Below, in pieces: positions 20,255-30,200 of a DNA stretch of 64,000 nt (positions are counted from its first letter, which is position 1; every line of letters begins with the position of its first letter). The DNA lies in the NCBI GenBank assembly GCA_965223265.1, contig OZ244999.1, positions 1,824,001 through 1,888,000 of the forward strand, written 5' to 3'. The notes below the pieces were generated by a model that saw only the letters and a program-made list of their open reading frames with translations, did no database searches and was not told the DNA's origin. This DNA comes from Planctomycetota bacterium. Its GTDB lineage: Bacteria > Planctomycetota > UBA8108 > SXIK01. A program made the position numbers and the translations under genes.

Positions 20255-21081
20255 GCGTCCTTTTCGGACTGCTCGTGGGGCTTTCGCTCGGGGTGACTGG
20301 TGGCGGCGGATCCATTTTTGCCGTGCCGCTTCTGGTCTACGGCCTCTCGACGACGCCACGCGAAGCCGTCGGCATGTCACTGGTCATCGTTGGCGTGACG
20401 GCCTTCGTCGGATTCCTTCAAAGACTGCGGCAGGGCGAGGTCGAGGCGCGCGCGGGAATCATCTTTGCTCTCTTTGGAACGCTCGGGGCACCGGTGGGGG
20501 CGTTGATTGGTGGGCAGGTGCCCGCGACGGTACTTCTTCTTTTCTTCTCGCTCTTCATGGTCGCCGTCGCGTTTCGAATGTGGCGAGGGGCAACCGCTCT
20601 GCGTAGCCGCTGCGGTGCCACCGACGACCTGCGACCCGCGAACGTGGGCGAGAGCGAGCAGAGCGGTCGATCTTTGTGTGAACGCGACGGTGCCGGTCGT
20701 CTACTCCTGTCGCTGCGATGCATCGTCGTGCTTGGACTTGTCGGCTTACTCACGGGAGTACTCTCCGGGCTTTTTGGCGTCGGTGGGGGACTCTTCATCG
20801 TTCCCGCACTGGTCTTTTTCACACACATGAACATTCGGCGCGCGGTCGCAACATCCCTCTTCGTGATCGCGCTGATTAGTCTTTCAGGTGTCGTGTCCTA
20901 CGTCTCTGCGGGTGGCATATTGAATTCGGTGGTAGCACTCCTCTTCTCGCTCGGCGGGATCGTGGGGCTCTTCCTTGGGGCGAATCTCTCTCGCAGAGTC
21001 TCAGGGCCGACGCTGCAGCGAGGGTTTGCTGCTGCCATGGTCGTCGTTGCTGGATGCACTGCGGCCGGGGCTATCGTTTGA
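20242..21081 (+). CDS. Sulfite exporter TauE/SafE family protein
   Basis: GVTGGGGSIFAVPLL, SGLFGVGGG..IVPAL, AVATSL; hydrophobic. Confidence 0.92.
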   Translation: MFELSVLFGLLVGLSLGVTGGGGSIFAVPLLVYGLSTTPREAVGMSLVIVGVTAFVGFLQRLRQGEVEARAGIIFALFGTLGAPVGALIGGQVPATVLLLFFSLFMVAVAFRMWRGATALRSRCGATDDLRPANVGESEQSGRSLCERDGAGRLLLSLRCIVVLGLVGLLTGVLSGLFGVGGGLFIVPALVFFTHMNIRRAVATSLFVIALISLSGVVSYVSAGGILNSVVALLFSLGGIVGLFLGANLSRRVSGPTLQRGFAAAMVVVAGCTAAGAIV

Positions 21082-21117
21082 GCCGACGCGTACACCGAAC
21101 ATCGGGAGGACGCACTC

Positions 21118-22533
21118 GTGTACTTTTATCAGCGCTTCATTCCTGGTCTCGCGATTTACTCCTACCTCGTTGCCGACGAACGCACCAAGGAAGCCGCCGT
21201 CATCGACCCCACACGCGATGTTGATGCGTTTCTCACACTCGCTCGAAATGAAGGTTTCCACTTGCGCCACGCGCTGGAAACCCACGTGCATGCAGACTTC
21301 GTCAGTGGCGCAGCTGAGCTGAAGCAGCGCCTTGGCGATGATTTCACAGTCCACGCCTCTTCCTTGGGCGGTCCAGAGTGGAGTCCGGCGTACGCGGATC
21401 ACCACATCGGCGACGGGGATGAGGTCTCGCTGGGCTCCGTCGTCCTGCAGGCCATTCACACCCCAGGGCACACCCCCGAGCATGTGTCGTGGGCGCTCTA
21501 TGACTCTAGCCGCAGCCGCGACACCCCATGGCTTGTCTTCACCGGCGACTTTCTCTTCGTCGGCGATGTCGGCCGCCCTGATCTTCTCGGTGAAGAGGCG
21601 CGAAAGAGACTCGCTTCACAGCTCTATCACAGCGTTTTTGAGAGACTCCCAGCTCTTCCTGACTTCACGGAGATCTTTCCCACGCATGGTGCGGGATCTC
21701 TTTGCGGCAAGGCGATTGGGTCGCGTAGCTCGTCGACGGTCGGCTTTGAGCGGCGCTACAACGTGGCGCTAGAAAAGAGAGCCGAAGAGGCATGGATTGC
21801 TGCTCTTCTGGGTGGCATGCCGATCGCGCCTCCCTACTTTCGTCGCATGAAGCGAGTCAACGCTGCCGGTCCACGCATCCTCGGACTTGAACTGCCGGGG
21901 CAGCGGCGTTTCTCCGCGCGAGAGGTGAACGAGCGCACGTGCGAGGACTGCCTCATCGTCGACACGCGAAGTCAGGAGGCCTTCGCTTCGGCACATATTC
22001 CGGGTGCCATCAATATTCCGATGGGGCCGAATCTACCGACGTGGGCTGGCTGGGTCTTACCCTATGATCGGCCGACGCTGCTGGTCCTCGATGATCCGTC
22101 GGACATGCCGCAGGTGACGACTCATCTCATCCGTGTGGGATTCGACGACGTCGCCGGCTGCCTTGAAGATGGAATGCTTGCGTGGGAGACGCAGGGCTTC
22201 GAGCTTGCTCACCTCGATACGGTTTCTGTGCATGATCTGTCGTCGCAGCTCAAGAGTTCGACGGCGCCGCCTTTCGTTCTCGACGTTCGAACCGAGGGCG
22301 AGTGGACTTCAGGGCACATCGAAGGCGCCCAACACATTCACGGCGGTCTGCTTCAGGAGCGTTTTGACGTCGTGCCTAAAGATCGCTCGATCGCAGTTGT
22401 CTGCGGTAGCGGCTACCGCGCCTCGATTGCTGCCTCGTTCCTGAAACGTGAAGGGTACGAGGACGTCTCGAATGTGCTTGGCGGCATGAGCGCATGGACC
22501 TCTGCAGGCTTAGAAACCGTGACGGACGAGTGA
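21118..22533 (+). CDS. MBL-fold persulfide dioxygenase fused to two rhodanese domains
   Basis: ETHVHADFVSG, HTPGHTPEH, FTGDFLFVGDVGRPDL, HGAGSLCGK, C-terminal CGSGYRAS. Confidence 0.93.
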   Translation: MYFYQRFIPGLAIYSYLVADERTKEAAVIDPTRDVDAFLTLARNEGFHLRHALETHVHADFVSGAAELKQRLGDDFTVHASSLGGPEWSPAYADHHIGDGDEVSLGSVVLQAIHTPGHTPEHVSWALYDSSRSRDTPWLVFTGDFLFVGDVGRPDLLGEEARKRLASQLYHSVFERLPALPDFTEIFPTHGAGSLCGKAIGSRSSSTVGFERRYNVALEKRAEEAWIAALLGGMPIAPPYFRRMKRVNAAGPRILGLELPGQRRFSAREVNERTCEDCLIVDTRSQEAFASAHIPGAINIPMGPNLPTWAGWVLPYDRPTLLVLDDPSDMPQVTTHLIRVGFDDVAGCLEDGMLAWETQGFELAHLDTVSVHDLSSQLKSSTAPPFVLDVRTEGEWTSGHIEGAQHIHGGLLQERFDVVPKDRSIAVVCGSGYRASIAASFLKREGYEDVSNVLGGMSAWTSAGLETVTDE

Positions 22534-22567
22534 TGCACCCAGAGGTCTGCAGTCAGTGGAGGCTAGC

Positions 22568-23164
22568 ATGATCGTCGATCGTTTCAGCTCCGCGGAGTCC
22601 GAGTCGACACGAAGGCTACGAATGTTCGTGGCAGCGCTCGAGAAGAGCGTAGCACGCTCTAAGGATGCCCAGACGATCACCGCGGACGTAAGGGATGTCC
22701 TGCTCGACACCGTTCGGGACCGAGAGTTTGTCTTGCCACGACGATTTCAGCGGCCCGTGCCGAGCGGATACGCGCGCCGGCTTCTGCACCGCAGTGAACG
22801 TCTCCACTACTCGGTCGTCGCGATGGTCTGGGCGCCGGGGCAGGGGACGCCGCTCCACGATCACGCGGGTATGTGGTGCGTGGAAGCGGTGGCGTGCGGA
22901 GAAGTCGATGTTACGCAGTATGAGCGCACGCAAGTTCGGGGGACTCGTTACCGATTCGAGCGCACCGGCGTGGAGCGCGCCGGCGTCGGCCAGGCGGGCC
23001 TCCTGATCCCACCGCGGGAGTATCATACGATCGCGAACCCGGGGCTTGTGCCGGCGATTACGCTGCACGTGTATGCTGGAGAGATGGAGAGCTGCAGTAT
23101 TTACCTGCCGTACGACGACGGGTGGTACCGCCGCCAGGACCGAGTGCTCTCCTACGATGACTAG
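22568..23164 (+). CDS. Cysteine dioxygenase family protein
   Basis: YARRLL, MVWAPGQGTPLHDHAG, EYHTIAN, TLHVY. Confidence 0.9.
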   Translation: MIVDRFSSAESESTRRLRMFVAALEKSVARSKDAQTITADVRDVLLDTVRDREFVLPRRFQRPVPSGYARRLLHRSERLHYSVVAMVWAPGQGTPLHDHAGMWCVEAVACGEVDVTQYERTQVRGTRYRFERTGVERAGVGQAGLLIPPREYHTIANPGLVPAITLHVYAGEMESCSIYLPYDDGWYRRQDRVLSYDD

Positions 23165-23206
23165 CAACCGCGTCGGCACTGGTGGCAAGAAGGCAGAATG
23201 CTGCTC

Positions 23207-23731
23207 CTATGTCCTCCACGCATCGAGGCGGCGTCCACAGAGTTCACGCGTGGCGCCTGGAAGTTGTGTCTCCGCGAGCCTCTCGATCAGGGTTGCGCTC
23301 TCAGCCAGTCCGTGACCGATAAGACCCGCGACGAAGCGGAGATCCTTCTCGCGTCCGGCGACCAACTTGCTGATCGCCAAGTCGTGAACCTCTAAGCACC
23401 AGGCGGTTGCGCCGCCCGTTGATTCGCTCCGCAGAGGTATGAGCCTCTCTTCCCAGCCCGCCGGCAGAGTCGCGGTGTCCGGTCCCACCCCATGTCCGTA
23501 GTATCCGAAGGTCTCCTCGAACGTCGAACGTTCTCCGATCGCTCCGTCGATCAGGATGCTGTCTTCTGGCTTGTTCCGGGGGTAGAGGTCCACTTCCATC
23601 GACGTGACCAGTTCCGTGGGTGCATCCGGAAACGCTGCGAGGAGCGCTTGGCTGCCGATGACGATGAACTCGTCGTGGAGGGTGATCGCGCTTGCAGCCC
23701 GGATGACGTGTTCAAGTTCCGATCGTTTCAT
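23207..23731 (-). CDS. DUF6036 family nucleotidyltransferase (putative toxin)
   Basis: LEHVIRAA, VIGSQALL, SMEVDL, IDGAIGE.S.F..TFGYYGHGV, LPAGWEERL, DLAISKLVAGREKD. Confidence 0.85.
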   Translation of the reverse strand: MKRSELEHVIRAASAITLHDEFIVIGSQALLAAFPDAPTELVTSMEVDLYPRNKPEDSILIDGAIGERSTFEETFGYYGHGVGPDTATLPAGWEERLIPLRSESTGGATAWCLEVHDLAISKLVAGREKDLRFVAGLIGHGLAESATLIERLAETQLPGATRELCGRRLDAWRT

Positions 23732-24071
23732 ACAGGTCGAAGATCTCCTTTCGCTGTGCCGGGGAGAGGACGCCGGCAAATGGCGCTGTTTGGCGAAGGC
23801 GCCTACCTTCTTCGCTCTCTTCGACAAGGATACTCAGGACTTCGTCCACAGATTTTTGGGCGAGGATTTCTTCCCATTCCTCGAACGCTCGCGGCCAGTC
23901 GGATCGTCGCTTCTTCTGGCGTTCCAAGTAGTCGGCTGCTTTTCGAATGAGCAGTGGATCACTGCGGATCCCCGCTGCGATCGCTTGCGCCAGGGCCAAA
24001 CTGCGCGCGTCAACCCACGCGTGCGAGCGCTTGTGAGGGGCTGGGGGGCGTCTTCTAGGGCTGGTGCTCAT
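23712..24071 (-). CDS. Small hypothetical protein overlapping the DUF6036 gene (putative antitoxin)
   Basis: RSLALAQAIA..IRSDP, EWEEIL, RRLRQTAPFAGVLSPAQR; 20-bp overlap with the downstream gene. Confidence 0.75.
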   Translation of the reverse strand: MSTSPRRRPPAPHKRSHAWVDARSLALAQAIAAGIRSDPLLIRKAADYLERQKKRRSDWPRAFEEWEEILAQKSVDEVLSILVEESEEGRRLRQTAPFAGVLSPAQRKEIFDLYETIGT

Positions 24072-24103
24072 ACGGTATTCTATGATGTCTGATTCCACTT
24101 CCT

Positions 24104-27100
24104 CTACCGTCTTGCGGGCGGTGCTTTTTGCTGCAGCAAGTAGCCGAGGAGGTGGTTGAAATCATCGCGGGTAACGACCTCCACGAAGTTTGATGGCATG
24201 GGTGAGGTCGTCAAAACTTCACGCAGGGCGATCTCGCTCTTGGGAATGCGCTCCTCCTTGCCGTCAGCTTTGACCAGCGTTAGAACGCTACCGCCATCGT
24301 CGCGCGCAAGGCCGCTGTAGCTGACACCGCTTTTGAGCACGACCAAGGACGCTCGGAACGCCTGGTCGATGTTGCGATTCGGGTCGAGGATGTCCTCCAG
24401 GAGACGATCGAGGCCACGTATGCCGACGCCATCCAGCTGTGGCGCCGACCTGCCCCCCTTTCCGGCGATGCTGTGGCACGGCGCGCAGTGTTTCGCAAAG
24501 ACCTCGGCGCCGCGAACGACGTCTGGCTTGGATTCTCCGAAGGAGCTCCGGCGTGAATCCACCAGCTCCTGGAACTCTGCGATCGGATCTGGGAGTTCGG
24601 CGAGCATGGGCGGGATGATGTCGTTGAGGCCCTTCATGCCGAGGCGCTCGAGTTGTGGCTGCAAACCGCGCGTGAGAAGAAGCTGCGGCGATGCACGGCC
24701 GCTGACCAGCTCCGCGATCAACAGCTCTCCCCCCTCAAGCGAGCGTGCTAGGTAGTCGCGGATGCGCTTGCCGAGATTGAGCGGCACGATGCTCAACGCG
24801 CGCGCGAGAATCTTGTTTGCCGTCTGTTGCCGAAGGTTGCCGAGCAGCGACACCGCTCGCTCTCGCAGTCGGTCGTTTTCGCTACCATCAAAGAGAAGGG
24901 ACTCGAGTTCTGGTAGGGCAGCGGTTGTGTCGAAGCGAAAGAGAGTCTCGTAGGCGGCGGCGCGAACTCCGTCGCTGCGGTCTCGGTCGCGTGCGAGTCG
25001 TCGCACTTGATCCTGCAAGTTCGTCAGACGAAAGTTCGTCGTCAGTGTCAACCCGCTTGAAATCCTGGTGTCGTCGGTAGAACTCAGTGCGGCGCTGGCG
25101 AGCGGTGCGACCAGCTGCAGAATCTCTGCGCTGGCCGTCAACTCGCGTTCGCGAATGGCCTGCCCGACAATCGCTAACTGGGCACTCGCGTCGCCGTCGA
25201 CCCCGCGTTGTTTGTTGATCCAAGCGACGAGTTGCGGCAGCGCGTTCGGCTCCAGGTAACGCGCGAGGTAGGGAACGTACAGAGCTTCACGCTGTGGCGC
25301 TAGCTTGCCGGCGGCGGCTGCGGTGGACACGTGAGTCAACAAATAGGCGGCTGACTCGGGCGTGTGGACACCGAAAATGACATCCAGAATCGCCTCGGTG
25401 TCATCCGCAGACAGCGAACCGGCTGCGAGCGTTGCCCATGAGGATGCGAGGCGGAGCTGCTCGCGCAGCGCCACACGAGTGGTGTGAAGGAGAATGACGT
25501 CGCTCACCGGAACCGTTTCGATGAAATCGATCAATGTTCTTGCATGGTCATTCCGTGGGTGTTCGGTGAGCGCCTGCACTGCTGCGTTTTGCACAACGCC
25601 GTCATCGTCGCTGAGACCTTGCAGGAGCAGCGCACGCTCGCCCTCCCGAAGCGCGGGGCGTGCTGCGAGGATCTGTAGCACGTGTACACGCACGCGTGGA
25701 TCCGGGTGCGCGCTCGCTCGCCGAAGCAGCTCGCGCTCGAGCCGCCCCAAGTGCTCGAGACACCAGAGCGCATGGGCGACCTGGAGCGGTGACCTACCGG
25801 TCTCAATCCCGCGACGTGTGACGCGAAGGAGCTCCGGGGTGGAGGCTGCTCCATGGTGCTCGATCAATTGAAGCTGAGCAGCCTTGCGCATGACCAGGTT
25901 CGGATCTCCCAGCGTCTTGATGAGGTCGGGAATCGTCGCCTTCGTCACATCGGTTGATTGCCTGTCGATGTGCTGACGTCCTGCGTCGTTCGGCCGATAG
26001 ATGACGCGCCAGATCCTACCGCGCTCGCGATCGCGTCCGGGATGCGTCAGAGGAGCCTCGTAGTGACCGATGATGCGGTTGTAAAAATCGGCGATGTAGA
26101 GCGCCCCTTCCGGACCTAGCTCGAGGTCGACAGGCCGGAACCATTCGTCGTCGCTCGTGAGGAGGTCAGGGCGGTGGTGCACTTCATACGTCGCCCCACG
26201 ACGCTCGAGGCGGTCGCACTCGATGCGGTAGGTCACCGGGTTGCCCGTGAAGACAACGTCCTTGTATTCGGGTGGGAACTGATTGGCGTCGTAGTACACG
26301 ATTCCAGAGATGCCCGTTGAGCTGTGTTCGTGGGCGCAGACGTCGGGCCCGAATCCTAGTCCGTCGTGCGGATCACCGAAGCGCGGATAGGAGGCGCCGC
26401 GGATCAGCTGGTAGATGGGGCGTGTGTGGCAATCCGTCGAGAACAAACTCCCGTAGCTATCAAAGGCGAGCCCGAACGGGTTGACCTGGCCGTGCGTGTG
26501 TAGCTCTAACCGTGTCCCGTCAGGCCGAAAACGGACGGTATTGCCGCTGACGACGTCGGTGCTCCAGTCTCCTGTCCCTGTGACGTGTGAACGATTGGCG
26601 AAACCGTGGCAGGCGTAGATCCAGCCGTCGAGGCCGACAGTGAAGGCGTTGACAAGACCGTGCGTATCGACCTGGCCGAAACCACGGTAGAGTTCCACGC
26701 GCTCGTCTTCGCGATCGTCTCCGTCGTGGTCGAGAAGCTTGTAGATCTTGGGAATGCTGAAAACGACCGCGCCGCCGTGGATTGGCACGACGCCAATCGG
26801 AATGACGAGGTCGTCGGCGAAGGTCTTCACTCGGTCGGCGCGGCCGTCGCCGTCGTGATCTTCGAGAATCGTGATGCGATCGCGAGACTTTCGACCGTTC
26901 TCCTCGACCGCGAACGGGTATTCGATCGTGTTGGAGACCCAGAGGCGGCCGCGGCGATCGAAGCTGAGGTTGAGCGGCTTGTAGATCTGCGGCTCAGCAA
27001 CGACGAGTTGGATCTCGAATCCTGGCGGCAACCGGAAGCTCTTCAGCTCTTCGGCCGGCGAGCGAGGTTCGGTGTTGCCGATGTAACCTTCGTAGAGGCT

Positions 27101-27187
27101 GTCATCGGCGCTGGTCATTTCGGTCGCGGTGACAAACACCCAAGCGATCACGGCGACGGCGATGGTGACGACCTCGTGTCGTTTCAG
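24104..27187 (-). CDS. PVC-type heme-binding CxxCH protein (membrane-bound dehydrogenase domain, HEAT repeats, cytochrome c)
   Basis: LPPGFEIQLVVAEP, FDRRGRLWV, WFRPVDLELGPEGALYIADFYN, CAPCH, SPMP. Start inferred at CTG after AAGGAG. Confidence 0.9.
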   Translation of the reverse strand: MKRHEVVTIAVAVIAWVFVTATEMTSADDSLYEGYIGNTEPRSPAEELKSFRLPPGFEIQLVVAEPQIYKPLNLSFDRRGRLWVSNTIEYPFAVEENGRKSRDRITILEDHDGDGRADRVKTFADDLVIPIGVVPIHGGAVVFSIPKIYKLLDHDGDDREDERVELYRGFGQVDTHGLVNAFTVGLDGWIYACHGFANRSHVTGTGDWSTDVVSGNTVRFRPDGTRLELHTHGQVNPFGLAFDSYGSLFSTDCHTRPIYQLIRGASYPRFGDPHDGLGFGPDVCAHEHSSTGISGIVYYDANQFPPEYKDVVFTGNPVTYRIECDRLERRGATYEVHHRPDLLTSDDEWFRPVDLELGPEGALYIADFYNRIIGHYEAPLTHPGRDRERGRIWRVIYRPNDAGRQHIDRQSTDVTKATIPDLIKTLGDPNLVMRKAAQLQLIEHHGAASTPELLRVTRRGIETGRSPLQVAHALWCLEHLGRLERELLRRASAHPDPRVRVHVLQILAARPALREGERALLLQGLSDDDGVVQNAAVQALTEHPRNDHARTLIDFIETVPVSDVILLHTTRVALREQLRLASSWATLAAGSLSADDTEAILDVIFGVHTPESAAYLLTHVSTAAAAGKLAPQREALYVPYLARYLEPNALPQLVAWINKQRGVDGDASAQLAIVGQAIRERELTASAEILQLVAPLASAALSSTDDTRISSGLTLTTNFRLTNLQDQVRRLARDRDRSDGVRAAAYETLFRFDTTAALPELESLLFDGSENDRLRERAVSLLGNLRQQTANKILARALSIVPLNLGKRIRDYLARSLEGGELLIAELVSGRASPQLLLTRGLQPQLERLGMKGLNDIIPPMLAELPDPIAEFQELVDSRRSSFGESKPDVVRGAEVFAKHCAPCHSIAGKGGRSAPQLDGVGIRGLDRLLEDILDPNRNIDQAFRASLVVLKSGVSYSGLARDDGGSVLTLVKADGKEERIPKSEIALREVLTTSPMPSNFVEVVTRDDFNHLLGYLLQQKAPPARR

Positions 27188-27269
27188 CGGTCTCGAGCTC
27201 CTTTGCGTCCTGCGAGTAGAGGAGACGATTGTACTCGATGGTACGCTCGAGGTCTTGGGAACGCCTACT

Positions 27270-30200
27270 TCAACGACAACCAGTAGGCGCAGCGCAGCCG
27301 AGACGCCGATCGAGCGTCGGTTCGCCGCGGCCGCAGGCTGGGTAGGGGGCCACTGGCGGCGGTGCGGAACCGAAGAGGTGATTGAGCAGCGCCAGTGGAT
27401 CTGAAATGTCGACGCCGTCGTCGCCGTTGACGTTCGTGGAGGCGACACAGTTTGGGGAAGTGTTTCCTTGGAACATCCAAATCAACATGCAAAGCGCGTC
27501 CGCGATGTCGACGCCACCGTCGTCGTTACAGTCGCCGCGAAGAAACATCGGCGCGAGATGTGTTTCGCAGGGTACCGACAAGCTGGCGCGAAAAGTTTGA
27601 GACATTATAGTGCCGCCGCTCGCCGGGTCGATCAGACGCACGAGAATCTGGTCGATTTCCGCCGCGCCGTCGCTGACGGTGAAGGTCGCTGTCGCCGTCC
27701 CGGTTCCCTGGAGGTAGAGCTGCGACGTCCGCGCCTCAACCGTCAACGAGCTCGCCCTCCAGTCCGCGACTGGTGCAGCGACGATCTGCACAGGTGCCGG
27801 CGCGTTTTCGAACTTCACTGAGACTGTGACGCTTTCGCCGTATTCGATGCAATCGGTGGCTGCAGTGCTCATCGTGAGCTGCGACAGGGTCGCGTCGCAA
27901 ACGTCCCCAATACCGTCTCCATCGACGTCTTCTTGGCGGGCGTTGGCGACGAACGGGCAGTTGTCTTCGGAATCGCAGACACCGTCCGCATCGCTGTCGC
28001 CACCATCGTTTGCGCACGCGCCAGCGTCAATCGCTTCGCCCAGTCGCCACAACCGAAGAACGAGTTCGCCTGTCGCGGAGTGGACGTCGCCACTCACGTA
28101 GTCGCCCTCGGCGGAGTTCGTGGGGAGTGCCGTGAGATCGACTCGTCGCGGCGCGCGATGGGTCGGCGCGCCTTCGGTGGTGTTCAGCTCGAATGCGCGC
28201 TCGGCCCACCCGAGGTTTTCGACCACGCCCGATTCGGCGTCTGTTCTCCAGCTCGACACTCGGAGCTGACCGAGAGTGTCGACCGTGGCGCTGATGGCGA
28301 CAGTGCTGGTGACGCGGTCGAGGGCGAACGTCCGCACCTTCACGCCGTTCAAGGTGGCTGCGGCGCGAAAGTCCGGCGTGAAGAGCTTGCGATAGCCGTA
28401 GTCGAACAAGCGGTATGCGTCGCCGCTGCGGTCGTCCGACTGCTGCAGCGCCACGTTGAGCGTGCGGCCGAGCCGTGTCGTCTGCATCACCAGACAATTG
28501 GTGCAAAACGGCGCACCTTCGAACCCCGGAACCGTGACGCCGAGGAGGCCGTTCTTCCAGCCTTCGACACCGGGATAGCTTGCAAAGCCGCGATCGAGGC
28601 TCCAGCACTTGACAGGCTCTACAGCGCCAACCGCCAGATCGAGGTCGGTGCACTCACACGCGGAGTAGTCGCTCGGACCGGTGGTTTCACGTACGAGGCT
28701 GTACTGCCATGCAGACCGCCACAGCGTCACTTGATCTTGCGGCGTGGTCACAACCCCAGCTGCCGGGTGGCTGTAAGCCGTGTCGCTGAGACCGAGGAGC
28801 GACGCCTTGCGGTTCATGAGGCCGACGAAGGCTTCCTTCTTATCGCCTTCGTGTCCGTACGCCTGGGCTACGTGCTCTGCTATCGCCACCGAAGCGCGGT
28901 TTCCCGAGGGACGCATCATCCCGTAGAGGAGCGTCTCCAGCGTCACGCAGTCTCCCTCCTCGAGGAGAGGGCTCATCTTGCTGCCGCCCGCAGCGGCGGC
29001 GACTGCACTGATCTCGACGTTGTCCGCGAGGCTGAGCCCGAGCGCCGGGTCTTCCAGCGCCTCCGCCGTGAGCAACAACGTCATGACTTTGGCGACGCTC
29101 GCCGCGTGCACGCTCGCCGGTTCGCCAGGAGGCATTTCGAGGAACATCTCGCCGGCACGGACGCCGTGCTGCGACTCGGTGAGCCCGTCCGTCAGGATCG
29201 CACGGACGCGTCGACGCACGCCTTGAAACCAATGCTGTGTGCCGGAGCTGCGCAGACCGGCGCCGCTGGCAGCCGCGTAGATCACCCGGATGGAGCCGAC
29301 GTCCACACGCTCCTTGAGATCCTGTTTCGGCGCGCTCACCACGAGGTCATCGATGCCGTCGCCGTTGAGGTCTCCAGCAGCCGAGTTTCGACCGAAGTGG
29401 GCGTTCAGCTCACGGTTGTCACTCCAGGCGTAGACGAATTGCACGCCTGTCGCAGCCAATCCCGTCTCCGCTGCATAGATCACATGCACCGCGCCGATCG
29501 GAACCCCGCTGCCGCTGGGTTCACTCGGCGACCCGGCCACCAGGTCGCATCTGCCGTCGCCGTTGAAGTCGCCGCTCGTCAGGCTCCAGCCGAAGAAGTC
29601 GGAGTCTTCGCTTGGATCCTTGCCGAGTTCGTCCTCGCTCCACAGTTGGCTGTTGGTTGCGAACAGTCCTCCGGCGAAGCCGTAGAGCACGTGGACGACG
29701 CCGACGTTGGCGGCGTTCAAGTCCTCGAATCGCTCGTTGGGGACACCGATGGCGAGATCGTCGCGAGCGTCACCGTTGAAGTCTCCAGCTGTGAGACTGA
29801 GCGCGAAGCGGTCGTTTGCTTCAGCCACTTCGTCGATGCCGGCGCTGTCCTGATGGAAGACTCGGTCGTTGTCGGCGGAGAGGCCGAACGCTGACCCGTA
29901 CACGATGTGCACCGCGCCGGCGTCGGTCGCACCGGTGGCCTCGATGTCTTCTCGTGGCATGCCAACAGCCAGATCCCCGAAGCCGTCACCATTGAAATCG
30001 CCGGAGGCCAATGAATCGCCGTAGTTGTCGCCGTTCTCCGCTTTCGGCGCCATGCCGCTGACGTCAGCATGAAGGAGAAAGCTCCCAGCCGACACCAGGC
30101 CAGCTGCAGATCCATAGACGATCTGGACGGCGCCAGCGTTCGCGGCGGCGCCGATGTTCGCTCCCGGTATACCCATGGCGAGGTCGTGAAAGCCGTCACC

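Noticed and set aside
27933-29894. Long antisense ORFs (also 50133-52145, 14689-16296, 2279-3661, 839-2137)
   Set aside because: Shadow ORFs opposite well-supported genes, as expected with high-GC codon bias.
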